A stretch of DNA of 64,000 nt from an uncultured delta proteobacterium (GCA_963754925.1 CAVWHX010000004.1:480001-544000); one strand, 5' to 3'; positions 1 through 10,100 are shown, counted from the first letter of the stretch. Numbers and translations are program-made. The notes: generated by a model not told the origin, from the sequence alone.

Positions 1-224
1 ATTGAAATGCCCGACCATCTGTGTGAGAAGAATCCAGGTAGCGTATCGAATCACTCTTATTCTGTTTCTCTACCATCGAGGCAAAGTATTCACGCTCCGG
101 CACTGCAACGCAAGTATGATATGCGCGTGCCGATTTTCGTCCCCTTCAGCTTCAAACCCTGCCTCCATTGACATAACAGCAGATTCTGGCATAAATTAAA
201 ATCAAATCATTAAGGAGTCGCACG

Positions 225-1412
225 ATGAATCCATGTCGGATAAATGTACTTGTATATCGTATAGTTATGTTTATAAAACTTCCTTTCTCCATGAGCGTCG
301 TGCTTGCCCTTGACCTCCTGGTGGGCTGCGGATTGTACCCCCCGGGAGCCCTACCAATAGACGATCCCTGGCGTTTCTCCACACCCTCGGCGGAGGGCAT
401 GGACGAGGCGGTCTTAGACGGCGCCCGTCAATACGCCTTCCAGGACGGCAAAAACACGCAAGGTGTCGTGGTGGTGTACCACGACACGATCGTGGCCGAG
501 TGGTACGCGCCGGACCACGATGCGAGCTCCTATGCCGCAAGCTGGTCAGTGGCCAAGAGCTTCACCAGCGCCCTGATCGGGATTGCCATCGGGCAGGGGC
601 TCATCCCCGGCGGTCTGGACGCAAAGATGTCCGATTACATTCCTTCATGGCAGGGAACGGAGAAAGAATCCATCCGTCTGCGTGACGTGCTCAGCATGGC
701 TTCAGGTCTGAATTGGTTCGAGACGTTTGATCTCACCAACTCAAACGTGGCGCAGATGGCTCTGAGCAATCCTGACGAACTCGCTTACGCCGCCAGCATC
801 GACGTAGCCCATCCTCCCGATACGGTATTTAACTATTCGAGCGGCGACGCTATGCTGGTTTCTGCGGTGTTACAAAAAGCGACCGGCATGCGCGCCGACC
901 AATATGCGGCCCAGGTCTTGTTCAAACCGCTGGGGCTTAACCAGGTGGATTGGTGGCGCGATGCGGCGGATCACACCCTCACCTATTGCTGCATAGACAC
1001 TACCTCGCGCAGCTTCGCCCGGTTCGGGCTGCTGTACCTTCACCACGGCGCATCGGGCAACGACCATATCGTCCCGCGGGATTGGATCGTCGCCTCGACC
1101 TCTCCCAACGATGTTTATGAAGGCTACGGGTACCTATGGTGGCTTTCCGGGCGCGTCAAACCCGGACTGCCGGCCGATACGTTTTCAGCCCGGGGACAGG
1201 ACGACCAATATATTTACGTGATCCCAAGCCGCGATCTGGTGGTGGTCCGGAACGGCTTATACGTGAAATATGACGGCCCGCCGGTCGCCGATCCGGCCTT
1301 GTTTCCGTTATGCCCCTGCAACGGATACCTGGCGGGTAAGGGAACGGTTCCAGCCGATAGCTGGAGCGACCAGGAATTTCTGACCCCCATCCTTAATTCT
1401 ATTCTACCCTGA
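225..1412 (+). CDS. Serine hydrolase, beta-lactamase/AmpC-like family, probable lipoprotein
   Basis: SxxK (SVAK), YSS motif, late ARG-QDDQ strand; lipobox-like LVGC; AAGGAG before ATG 225 (start could be 267 or 291). Confidence 0.85.
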   Translation: MNPCRINVLVYRIVMFIKLPFSMSVVLALDLLVGCGLYPPGALPIDDPWRFSTPSAEGMDEAVLDGARQYAFQDGKNTQGVVVVYHDTIVAEWYAPDHDASSYAASWSVAKSFTSALIGIAIGQGLIPGGLDAKMSDYIPSWQGTEKESIRLRDVLSMASGLNWFETFDLTNSNVAQMALSNPDELAYAASIDVAHPPDTVFNYSSGDAMLVSAVLQKATGMRADQYAAQVLFKPLGLNQVDWWRDAADHTLTYCCIDTTSRSFARFGLLYLHHGASGNDHIVPRDWIVASTSPNDVYEGYGYLWWLSGRVKPGLPADTFSARGQDDQYIYVIPSRDLVVVRNGLYVKYDGPPVADPALFPLCPCNGYLAGKGTVPADSWSDQEFLTPILNSILP

Positions 1413-1604
1413 GGAAGGCCTCCGAGCGCAGTGCAACATTCTGCTCGATGGCCCTTGCTTATCCTCGAACATATAATTACATTCCGCATCAACAATGCCT
1501 CGACTGTAGCGCATTTGAGACTAAACTCAACTGACGGCCGTGATTTCTGCGCTTTCAATCGCGATTATCTATACGATTTTACAAACAAAAAAGGAGAAAT
1601 TGCC

Positions 1605-2510
1605 ATGGAGACAAGGAAGATAAAAAAGATTCTCAAGAGCAGACCGGTCATCGAGGGGGCTGGGGTGCATCTGAAGCGGGCCATCGGCAACAATGATACC
1701 GGGGTTTTCGACCCCTTTCTCCTGTTGGACGACTTTCGTTCCGGAAATCCCGCGGATTACCTGAAAGGGTTTCCGTGGCACCCGCACCGGGGCATCGAAA
1801 CCATCACCTATGTTCTTCGCGGCACGGTCGAACACGGGGATAGTATGAAAAACAAGGGGGTTATTTCCGCCGGCGACATCCAGTGGATGACCGCGGGAAG
1901 CGGCATCATCCACCAGGAAATGCCGAAAGGCGACGCCCAGGGCGCCATGGGCGGTTTTCAATTGTGGGCGAACCTCCCGGCGTCCCACAAAATGATGGAT
2001 CCGCGCTACCGCGACATTAAAAGCGCCGATGTGCCCGAGATCACCGTGAAAGGCGGTGCAAAGGTCAAAATCATATGCGGCACCTTGAATAAGGTATCCG
2101 GTCCGGTCAAGGACATCGTTACCGATCCGGAATATCTCGACATCACCCTGCCGGCTTCTTCGGAATACATCCATCGCACCAAGAAGGGACATACCGTTTT
2201 CGCCTATGTCATCGAAGGGCGCTGTTACTTTTGCAATGAAAAAAAGCCCTTCACCCATGAAGCGGAAGGAATCAACTACTTTGATTTTAAGCAGGAGCCT
2301 TTTGTTTCAAATGGGATGCTTACGCTGTTTGATGACGGCGACCGGTTAATCGCTACCACAGACGATGAACCGGTCCGGTTTCTCCTCATTTCCGGACAAC
2401 CGATCCGGGAGCCTATTGCGTGGTACGGTCCGATAGTCATGAATACTCAAAAAGAACTTCAGATCGCGTTCGATGAATTCGAGCGAGGCACCTTCATCAA
2501 GCATCCTTAG
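1605..2510 (+). CDS. Pirin family protein
   Basis: DPFLLLD, HPHRGIETITY, QWMTAGSGIIHQE, QLWANLP, GPIVMNT; AAGGAG RBS before ATG 1605. Confidence 0.95.
   Translation: METRKIKKILKSRPVIEGAGVHLKRAIGNNDTGVFDPFLLLDDFRSGNPADYLKGFPWHPHRGIETITYVLRGTVEHGDSMKNKGVISAGDIQWMTAGSGIIHQEMPKGDAQGAMGGFQLWANLPASHKMMDPRYRDIKSADVPEITVKGGAKVKIICGTLNKVSGPVKDIVTDPEYLDITLPASSEYIHRTKKGHTVFAYVIEGRCYFCNEKKPFTHEAEGINYFDFKQEPFVSNGMLTLFDDGDRLIATTDDEPVRFLLISGQPIREPIAWYGPIVMNTQKELQIAFDEFERGTFIKHP
2463..2506 (+). repeat. Direct repeat copy 1 (pirin 3' end), att-like
   Basis: 39/44 identical to 12263-12306. Confidence 0.85.
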
Positions 2511-2660
2511 CTGTAAATCATGATACTGCAACGGCCGCGCCCCCTAATCACAGTGCTAAATCAAGGAAGTGATTTAATTAAAATTATCTATACAATTAAT
2601 ATTATTATGCAAATCCAAGGAAGCCGCTGTCCGGGAAAGAATTGGGAATAAAGAAATCGC

Positions 2661-2695
2661 TTGACAATATATAGACCGTTATATATATTACCTGT
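2661..2695 (+). promoter_or_regulatory. Sigma70 promoter overlapped by a putative TetR operator; probably leaderless
   Basis: TTGACA(2661)-17bp-TATATT(2684), ATG 6 nt later; AATATATAGACCGTTATA at 2666-2683. Confidence 0.7.
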
Positions 2696-3271
2696 ATGTC
2701 AGCGCAAGGTGAACAAACTCGAAGGAAAATAATTGATACGGTAATTGAACTGCTAAAGGTTAAAGGATTTAATGGGGTTGGACTACAGGAAATTATCAGC
2801 CAAAGTGGCACGCCCAAGGGATCCCTCTATTTTCATTTTCCTGGCGGTAAAAATGAAATCGTTGAAACGTCGATAAAACAGTACGGCGAGAATATTGATA
2901 CGCTTTTACGAATGCTTTTTCTTAACACCACGGATATCGCAACTGCCATTAAAGCAGTTTTTAGCTATGCAATAAATGATTTGGAGTCTTCAAACTATAC
3001 AAAGGGCTGCCCGATTGGAACAACAGCTCTTGACCCCGAGAGTATCTCAAAGACAATCCAGGAAAGTTGCGCTCAATGTTTTTCCTTGATGAGAGATGTC
3101 ATGGCCGAAAGATTAAAAAAAGATGGAATGGATGCCGTTGAGGCTGAGAAACAAGCTACATTTATACTGTCATCTTTTGAGGGCGCGATTATTTTGAGCA
3201 AGGCTTATCGAAATACGGAACCTCTAAAAATTATTGCGGAGCGATTATCAGCACTTTTTACTCCAAAATAA
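2696..3271 (+). CDS. TetR/AcrR family regulator, LmrA/YxaF(QdoR)-like
   Basis: HTH ...PKGSLYFHFPGGK; C-terminal GCPI and FEGAIILSKA. Confidence 0.9.
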   Translation: MSAQGEQTRRKIIDTVIELLKVKGFNGVGLQEIISQSGTPKGSLYFHFPGGKNEIVETSIKQYGENIDTLLRMLFLNTTDIATAIKAVFSYAINDLESSNYTKGCPIGTTALDPESISKTIQESCAQCFSLMRDVMAERLKKDGMDAVEAEKQATFILSSFEGAIILSKAYRNTEPLKIIAERLSALFTPK

Positions 3272-3359
3272 ACAATTTTTCAATAATTGAATAACTCTCT
3301 GAATATATAATGTTATTTATTATATCCGTTATGCGAAAAATGTGGAAGACCGTAATCAA

Positions 3360-3377
3360 AATATATATACCGGTCTA
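3360..3377 (+). promoter_or_regulatory. Second putative TetR operator
   Basis: AATATATATACCGGTCTA, 15/18 identical to the box at 2666; lies just upstream of the next gene's RBS. Confidence 0.6.
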
Positions 3378-3398
3378 CTTAGTACCAAGGAGGTTTTC

Positions 3399-4196
3399 GT
3401 GAAAATATCATCATTAAAACTAGTCTATTTCTCACCGACTGGGACAACAAACAATATCGTCACAAGTATTACACAAGGACTAAATAGTGTTATTTCAGAT
3501 GTTATAGATATAACTAAAAAAGATATTCGAGAAAGAACTTATTCCTTTAATAACGAATTAGTTATTTTCGGCGCTCCCGTATACAGTGGCAGGGTTCAGG
3601 TTGATGCAATCAACTTTTTAAAAAAATGCAAGGCTTATAAGACACCGGCTATTTTTATAGTTCTCTATGGCAACCGTGCTTATGAAGATTCGCTAAAAGA
3701 GCTCAAAGAGGTTGGCGTCGATAGAGGATTTGTGCCAATAGCTTGCGGCGCATTTATCGGCGAACATTCATTTTCGAGCAGTGGAACATTAATAGCTTCG
3801 GGAAGACCAGATAGCGCAGATTTATGGAGAGCAGAATTATTTGGAAAAAATATTCAAAATAAAATAAGAAATATTAATCACATCAATGAGATTAGTGAGA
3901 TTGTTGTTCCGGGCAATACTCCCTATAAAGAAAGAATTGTATTACCACCTATGGAGTTTGTAGCGATATCGGATGTCTGCACTCAATGTGGTACTTGTGT
4001 TCAAACCTGTCCAATGGGAGCGCTCCATCTTGACAGCACTGTGACTGTTGACCCAGAAAAATGCATTTACTGCTGCGCTTGTATTAAAACGTGTCCCCAT
4101 AACGCTAGAGAAATAAAAGACGGCACAATAAAAAATATTGCTCTAGTGTTGGCGCAAACCTGTCAGGCCAGAAAAGAACCAGATTTGTTTTTATAG
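3399..4196 (+). CDS. Flavodoxin-like + 2x[4Fe-4S] ferredoxin (EFR1-like)
   Basis: YFSPTGTT flavodoxin loop, YGNRAYED, CTQCGTCVQTCP and CIYCCACIKTCP; AGGAGG before GTG 3399. Confidence 0.88.
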   Translation: MKISSLKLVYFSPTGTTNNIVTSITQGLNSVISDVIDITKKDIRERTYSFNNELVIFGAPVYSGRVQVDAINFLKKCKAYKTPAIFIVLYGNRAYEDSLKELKEVGVDRGFVPIACGAFIGEHSFSSSGTLIASGRPDSADLWRAELFGKNIQNKIRNINHINEISEIVVPGNTPYKERIVLPPMEFVAISDVCTQCGTCVQTCPMGALHLDSTVTVDPEKCIYCCACIKTCPHNAREIKDGTIKNIALVLAQTCQARKEPDLFL

Positions 4197-4251
4197 ATAG
4201 TGAATTGGTCCGTTTTTAATATAAGTATTTTCAATAACAGGAGTAAGTGTC

Positions 4252-4416
4252 ATGGAAAAGTATGCGTTACTTATTGGCGGTTTAATGTTTATCGGCGAAG
4301 GGATCCTAAAATTTTTTCATTTTGAATTTCTCGGCATGAATATGCCGTGTGGAGCTTCATTAATTATAGTTGGCTTTGGAATAGGTTTATTTGCATATAA
4401 ACAAATAAAAAAGTGA
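4252..4416 (+). CDS. Small 54-aa two-TM membrane protein (not in ORF track)
   Basis: AGGAG RBS; MEKYALLIGGLMFIGEG...IIVGFGIGLFAYKQIKK; fills the gap between co-oriented genes. Confidence 0.6.
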   Translation: MEKYALLIGGLMFIGEGILKFFHFEFLGMNMPCGASLIIVGFGIGLFAYKQIKK

Positions 4417-4422
4417 ATCACT

Positions 4423-4863
4423 ATGAATGCCAGATTAATAAAAATAGTTTTTTCGATTTGGCCACCTTTTGTTGGAGCCGGTATACGGGTCAAATATATT
4501 GCCGCTGATTTTACTGAGGCAATTGTTGTTCTGAACTTGCATTGGTATAACATCAATTATGTAAAAACACATTTTGGTGGGAGTCTCTATGCAATGACCG
4601 ATCCATTCTATATGCTGATGTTGATACATATTTTAGGAAAGAATTACACGGTATGGGACAAAACCGGGAGCATTGATTATATTTCTCCGGCCAGAGGAAC
4701 CGTAACAGCACACTTTAAGATAGATGATAAACAGGTATCTGAAATAAAGGAAAAAACAGCCGCCGGAGAAGCGTTCTTACCGGAGTATTCGGTAGATATT
4801 AATAGTGAACAGGGTGAAGTAATAGCAAGGGTTTCAAAAAGGCTTTATATCCGAAGAAAATAG
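4423..4863 (+). CDS. PaaI/hot-dog thioesterase-like protein (DUF4442/YiiD-C type)
   Basis: WPPFVGAGI, NYVKTHFGGSLYAMTDPFYMLM, VWDK. Confidence 0.85.
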   Translation: MNARLIKIVFSIWPPFVGAGIRVKYIAADFTEAIVVLNLHWYNINYVKTHFGGSLYAMTDPFYMLMLIHILGKNYTVWDKTGSIDYISPARGTVTAHFKIDDKQVSEIKEKTAAGEAFLPEYSVDINSEQGEVIARVSKRLYIRRK

Positions 4864-4883
4864 AGTCAAATAAAAGTGTGGAA

Positions 4884-6089
4884 ATGAAAATGGATAAGAA
4901 TAATCATATGTTATTTACATCTCGAATGATAGGAGAGGTAACAATTAAAAACAGGTTTGTCCGTTCTGCAACATTTGAATCAGCTGCAAATGAAGATGGA
5001 AGTATTGGAGAAGATTATTTAAAAATTTACGATACACTGGCAAAGGGAGAGATTGGTCTTATTATTACCGGTATGATATTTACCAGCATTGATGGTAAAA
5101 GTTACCTTCACCAGGCCGGCCTACATTCAGATGAAACAATCTCCGGTTTTTCTAACATGACCGACAGAGTTCATCGCAATGGGTCAAAAATATTTGCAGA
5201 GTTATGCCACGGGGGCAGGCAGTCCCAGATGCAGGGCATAAGACCTGCGGCGCCATCCGCTGGCAGACCGGATATGATATACCGTGTATATCCGCGGTCC
5301 ATGGACAATAAAGAGATAGTCAATGTGATCAAAACCTTTGGGGATGCGGCAAAAAGAGCTAAGGAGGCCGGATTTGACGGAATACAGATACATGCGGCCC
5401 ATGGCTACCTCCTGAGCGAATTTCTCTCGCCATATCTTAATCATCGCAGGGATGAATGGGGAGGGAGTTCCGAAAAACGATTCAATCTTTTAAAACGTGT
5501 ATATCAATACATTAGAGAAGCTGTAGGATCAACGTATCCGGTGACGGTAAAAATCAATATTGAGGACTATACACCAAAGCCTGGTTTATCGCTGGAAGAG
5601 TCTGTAGAACAGGTAAAAAGGCTTATTGAACTCTGTATTGATGCAATAGAAATATCGTGTGGCACCCTTGCCTTTTCCATGTTCAATCAATCCCGCGGTA
5701 GCGTTCCAGTACAGGCTTTTGCCAAAGCTATGCCAAAGCCGCTGCAGCCCCTAGCCCGGCTTCTACTAAAAATTGCATATCCCGAAAAAAAATATACTTT
5801 TTACGAGGATTACAACCTCCGGGCATGCGATGATATTAAACCTTTGATGGGGAATACCCCACTGATTGTGGTGGGAGGTTTACGAAGCTATAAATCTATG
5901 GAAAAAATTGTACAGGACAGAAAAGCAGATTTTATTTCCATATCCCGTCCTTTTATCCGGCAGCCGATGATTGTAAAAAAATGGAGTGAAGGAGATTTTA
6001 AACCGATGACCTGTACAAACTGCAATAATTGTTTGGGAGGGATAGCCATTCACGAGAGACTAAAATGCAATCGGGATCGAATTTTTTAA
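4884..6089 (+). CDS. NADH:flavin oxidoreductase (Old Yellow Enzyme family)
   Basis: KNRFVRSAT, AGFDGIQIHAAHGYLLSEFLSP, NHRRDEWGGS, C-terminal CTNCNNC. Confidence 0.92.
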   Translation: MKMDKNNHMLFTSRMIGEVTIKNRFVRSATFESAANEDGSIGEDYLKIYDTLAKGEIGLIITGMIFTSIDGKSYLHQAGLHSDETISGFSNMTDRVHRNGSKIFAELCHGGRQSQMQGIRPAAPSAGRPDMIYRVYPRSMDNKEIVNVIKTFGDAAKRAKEAGFDGIQIHAAHGYLLSEFLSPYLNHRRDEWGGSSEKRFNLLKRVYQYIREAVGSTYPVTVKINIEDYTPKPGLSLEESVEQVKRLIELCIDAIEISCGTLAFSMFNQSRGSVPVQAFAKAMPKPLQPLARLLLKIAYPEKKYTFYEDYNLRACDDIKPLMGNTPLIVVGGLRSYKSMEKIVQDRKADFISISRPFIRQPMIVKKWSEGDFKPMTCTNCNNCLGGIAIHERLKCNRDRIF

Positions 6090-6315
6090 TAGTGGTTGTC
6101 TTCAGGAATCTGCCCGGTGGGATGACGGCATAATTTAATTGATTTCTTGCGGTTCTTGTTCGATATTCCGGAAAAGTAAAAGTTTAGAGGTTTTAAAAAT
6201 TAAGGATTGCGTAAGTATTTGCGATATTACTGACTTTTAAATGATACGCCGCGTTAGCGTGTATGACATTGAACTATATGACAAATAAACTACAGGTGGT
6301 TGGCAACTAGCTGCT

Positions 6316-7863
6316 ATGACTTTGCACGACAATAATAAATCCCGTGAAGTTAAAGAAGTGTCTCTGCTTTATGAAATAAGCAGGGCCCTGAGCGAAACGC
6401 TCGATCTCAAAACCGTGCTGCATCCGATTCTCAAGATGACGGCTGAACACATGGAGATGCTGCGCGGCACCCTCACCATTCTTAACAGAAAAACGGAAGA
6501 GATAGTAATAGAGGAGGCTTACGGACTGCAGCCCGAGGAGCAGGCAAAAGGCAAGTACCGGCTGGGCGAAGGGGTCACCGGTAAGGTGGTTGAAACGGGC
6601 CAGCCCGCCATTGTCCCGCGGATTTCAGACGAGCCTCTCTTTCTTGATAGGACCGGATCCCGAAAGGGCCTCGACAAGGTCGACATTGCGTTTATCTGCG
6701 TGCCGATCAAAATCGGGAACGAGGTTATCGGTGCGCTCTCCGTTGACCGTCTCTTTAATGAAAAAATCTCCTTTGAGGAAGACGTGCGTCTGCTGACGAT
6801 CATCGCATCCAGTATCTCCCAGGCAGTACGACTGCGACAGCTCGCGCAGGAAGAACTTGAAAAACTTCAGGAGGAAAACCAGCGACTTCAAAACGAATTA
6901 AAAACGCAGCACCGCCCGAATTCCATCGTCGGGAATTCACATGCCATGCTCGAGATATACGCGCTCATCGACAAGGTCTGCAATGCCCCGACGACCGTTA
7001 TTCTTCTCGGTGAAAGCGGCGTCGGCAAAGAAAAGGTCGCCCAGGCCATTCACTATAATTCAAATCGGGCGGACAAGCCGTTTGTAAAGGTAAATTGCGC
7101 TGCCCTCCCGGAGTCGCTCATAGAAAGCGAGCTGTTCGGATACGAACGGGGAGCTTTTACCGGTGCGGCCGCCAGCCGCAAGGGCCGCTTCGAATTGGCT
7201 GACGGTGGATCGCTATTCCTGGACGAAATCGGTGACCTGCCTCTTCACGTACAGACAAAAATCCTCCGGGTGATACAAGAAAAGGAATTCGAGCGAATTG
7301 GGGGTACCGAGACGATACCCGTGGACGTGAGGATCATCACGGCGACCAACCGAAACCTCGAGTTGTTGATGAAGGAAGGTAAATTCAGGGAGGACCTGTA
7401 TTATCGCTTGAACGTTTTCCCGATCATGGTCCCGCCGCTTAGGGAACGGAAAAGCGACATCATGCTTCTGGCCGACCATTTCACCGAAAAATACGGTAAG
7501 GAGCTGGGAAAAAATATCAGCCGCATTTCCACCCCTGCCATCGATATGCTGATGTTGTATCATTGGCCGGGCAATGTGCGCGAGCTTGAAAACTGCATCG
7601 AGCGGTCGGTGATTTTGAGCACCGACGGCGTTATTCACAGCTATCATCTTCCGCCGAGCCTGCAGATGGCCAGCGATTCCGGAGAGGAAGCCCGGGGAAC
7701 GCTGAAGGGAATGATTTCCAACATCGAAAAAGAGGTAATCGTCGAGGAGTTGAAGCGTTCGCGGGGAAATATGTCAAAAGCCGCCCGCGCCCTGGGAATA
7801 ACCGAGCGTATCATGGGCCTGCGCGTCGAAAAATTCGGCATCGACCTGAAACGCTTCAAGTGA
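6316..7863 (+). CDS. NifA-like sigma54-dependent activator (GAF-AAA+-HTH)
   Basis: GAF with GEGVTGKV; GESGVGKE, GAFTGA, FLDEIG, WPGNVRELEN; Fis-type HTH. Confidence 0.93.
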   Translation: MTLHDNNKSREVKEVSLLYEISRALSETLDLKTVLHPILKMTAEHMEMLRGTLTILNRKTEEIVIEEAYGLQPEEQAKGKYRLGEGVTGKVVETGQPAIVPRISDEPLFLDRTGSRKGLDKVDIAFICVPIKIGNEVIGALSVDRLFNEKISFEEDVRLLTIIASSISQAVRLRQLAQEELEKLQEENQRLQNELKTQHRPNSIVGNSHAMLEIYALIDKVCNAPTTVILLGESGVGKEKVAQAIHYNSNRADKPFVKVNCAALPESLIESELFGYERGAFTGAAASRKGRFELADGGSLFLDEIGDLPLHVQTKILRVIQEKEFERIGGTETIPVDVRIITATNRNLELLMKEGKFREDLYYRLNVFPIMVPPLRERKSDIMLLADHFTEKYGKELGKNISRISTPAIDMLMLYHWPGNVRELENCIERSVILSTDGVIHSYHLPPSLQMASDSGEEARGTLKGMISNIEKEVIVEELKRSRGNMSKAARALGITERIMGLRVEKFGIDLKRFK

Positions 7864-8088
7864 TATGCGCGCCGGCGGGCGTGAGACCGGCGTTCCCTGC
7901 CGTATTAAAGTTACATTAATGTGGCTTCTCGGCTCATAATCCTACATTCCGGTAATACCTTAACCAGAGGTAACGCCCGTGGGTCGTTGTTTCTTCGTGC
8001 TTCGTGCACCTAGTCTGGTCCCCGATCTTTACATTTTATTAATGTTAATTACCGTCACTTTCATTTCAGGGGGTTACCGGCAATCGTC

Positions 8089-8104
8089 TGGCATTCTTTT
8101 TGCT
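8089..8104 (+). promoter_or_regulatory. Sigma54 -24/-12 promoter of the APC permease
   Basis: TGGCATTCTTTTTGCT: GG(8090-91)-N10-GC(8102-03). Confidence 0.8.
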
Positions 8105-8250
8105 TACCATCATAATCACTCAATTAATTGCGTTATCAAACAATTAACTGAGCGACGAAGGAGATGACTTAGATGACTGTGCAACTATTTACGGCAAAAT
8201 TTGAAACGCAATGAAATTAAAAATTAGTTAAGAAAGGAAGGTTATGTGTC

Positions 8251-9771
8251 ATGACTGAACCAATAGCAATGAAAAAGACTCTGAGTTTGACGGGCGTCAC
8301 CGTAAACGCAATGGCGCTCATAGCGCCGGGCGCGTTTTTATGGCTGACGTTCCAGATGCAAGCGGCCCAGGTCGACTTGGCAGGAAATACCACTGCGCTG
8401 GATATGTTCCCCGGTTTGGTAATCGCCCTGGTATTGGCGTTTTTAACGGCGATTTCATATTCCAAGCTGGCTGAGTTGTATCCCGAGGCCGGAACAGGCA
8501 GTTCCTATTATTTTACGGAACAGGCCTTATTGAACGAAAAACGGCTATCGTCTTTTTCCAAAATTTCAAAATTTATCGTCGGCTGGTTTTCCCACCTGTA
8601 CTACTGGGTTTATCCCGGGGTCATGGTGGCCATGATGGCGATCCTGATTACCTACATCTTTTCGCAATTCGGGGTCACCCTCTCGCCGGTCTGGCAGATC
8701 ATTGTAGCGATGGTATTCGCGGGTCTCACCGGCGCCGTCGCCTACCGAGGAATCAATGGCTCCACGATGTCGAGTATCGTGATCAACGTAGTCCAAATAG
8801 TCTCGCTCGTGTTTGTAACGATTCTGGCGATTGTCTACCGGGTCACGAATCCTCAGAATGTAACCTTTGTGCATGAAAACCTGGCTTCAGCAATCCTGCC
8901 GCACAACTTCGCCAATGTGCTGTTTCAGGCTACCATTGCGATGTTGCTGCTGGTCGGTTTCGAATCCGCCACGGCCTTGTCGGCCGAGGCGAAACATCCC
9001 AAGCACGTCAGCCGCGGGGTTATCATCTCCTTGGTTCTGCAGGGGCTCATATTCTATCTTTTCGAATACTTCGGAGCCGCCGCGTGGCTGAACACGGCCT
9101 ATACGGTTAAAGACGCCAACGGCGCCGATGTCACCGGCATTGCGGCCGCCGCCGCTTCCGGCGCTCCCATCGGTGACATGGTAAAAATACTTGGCGATTC
9201 GCTACTCAATAACATCGGCTTCTTATTGATGATCCTCGTGGCGATATCGGTTGCGATGGCCGTCATCGGCACGACCCTGGCCTGTATCAATACCGGCGTG
9301 CGCGTAACGTACGCAATGGCCAAGGATAAGGACGTCCCGAGTTTTCTGGGGGCGCTGCACGGCCGTTTTGCTACACCCCACACCGCCGTATGGACGATCA
9401 CGATAGTGTCGGCGATAATCGGCGCGTTCGGCGTGCTGTCGGTCACCAACCTGACCGCCGTAACGTTCCTATCGAATATCGGCACCTTCGCGCTCTACGG
9501 CTTAACAAACCTCGTGGCGTTGGTGGCGTTTATGCGGCATCCGCAAAGAAACCCGATAACGCACATAGCGGTTCCGATTCTGGGATTCCTGGCCAATATC
9601 GGCATGCTCCTGGCCGTTATATACCTGGGAATACTCGGCGGCGGAGACACCAAGACCGCCGCGTTGATATCGATCATAGCAACCGGCGTGTGGATGGCAC
9701 TCGGAATCGTATATATAATTGTTCGAAATCGTAAAGAACAAAAAGGACAACCGGTACCGATCCGTGCTTAA
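8251..9771 (+). CDS. APC family amino acid/amine permease
   Basis: About 12 TM segments; ELYPEAGTGSSY, VGFES, RVTYAMAKD. Confidence 0.9.
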   Translation: MTEPIAMKKTLSLTGVTVNAMALIAPGAFLWLTFQMQAAQVDLAGNTTALDMFPGLVIALVLAFLTAISYSKLAELYPEAGTGSSYYFTEQALLNEKRLSSFSKISKFIVGWFSHLYYWVYPGVMVAMMAILITYIFSQFGVTLSPVWQIIVAMVFAGLTGAVAYRGINGSTMSSIVINVVQIVSLVFVTILAIVYRVTNPQNVTFVHENLASAILPHNFANVLFQATIAMLLLVGFESATALSAEAKHPKHVSRGVIISLVLQGLIFYLFEYFGAAAWLNTAYTVKDANGADVTGIAAAAASGAPIGDMVKILGDSLLNNIGFLLMILVAISVAMAVIGTTLACINTGVRVTYAMAKDKDVPSFLGALHGRFATPHTAVWTITIVSAIIGAFGVLSVTNLTAVTFLSNIGTFALYGLTNLVALVAFMRHPQRNPITHIAVPILGFLANIGMLLAVIYLGILGGGDTKTAALISIIATGVWMALGIVYIIVRNRKEQKGQPVPIRA

Positions 9772-9830
9772 TACGATCGGATACGTATTTGATTATTGAT
9801 GGTGATGATTATGAAAACTGGAGAATCAGA

Positions 9831-9861
9831 GCAAAAGGGCGCTTCGCAAGCGCTCTTTTGC
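9831..9861. terminator. Palindromic hairpin, possible bidirectional terminator
   Basis: GCAAAAGGGCGCTT-CGC-AAGCGCTCTTTTGC. Confidence 0.55.
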
Positions 9862-9898
9862 CCGTTGTGAGGAACAACCGAGGATTAGTTTGAACGTC

Positions 9899-10100
9899 GG
9901 AGGAACAACCAATGATGAGTTTGCCCGCAACAGATGATTTCAGGTCGAGTCCATTTTGGATTTCAGGGTCGTCCGACAAGGGATGCGTCCGTACCAATTT
10001 GGAGGAACAACCGATGACCAGTTTGCGCGTAACGGAAGATTTCACGTCGAGTCCATTGCAGGTTTCAGGGTTGTCCGACAAAGGATGCGTTCGTACTAAC
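9899..10100 (+). repeat. Diverged tandem duplication (102-bp period) of the RBS and N-terminus of the PP2C gene
   Basis: GGAGGAACAACC(A/G)ATGA...GTCCGACAA(G/A)GGATGCGT at 9899 and 10001; partial third head at 9869. Confidence 0.9.

Noticed and set aside
1..199. Short ORFs at the window start
   Set aside because: No recognisable motif and too little context to call
1431..1604. N-terminal extension of pirin, or a riboswitch in its leader
   Set aside because: Strong RBS at ATG 1605; only short hairpins with no recognisable aptamer consensus
6316..7863. Nitrogen fixation (nifA, plus the NifB/X-like gene at 44231)
   Set aside because: No nifHDK/ENB here; both families are common outside diazotrophy, so no nif symbol was assigned
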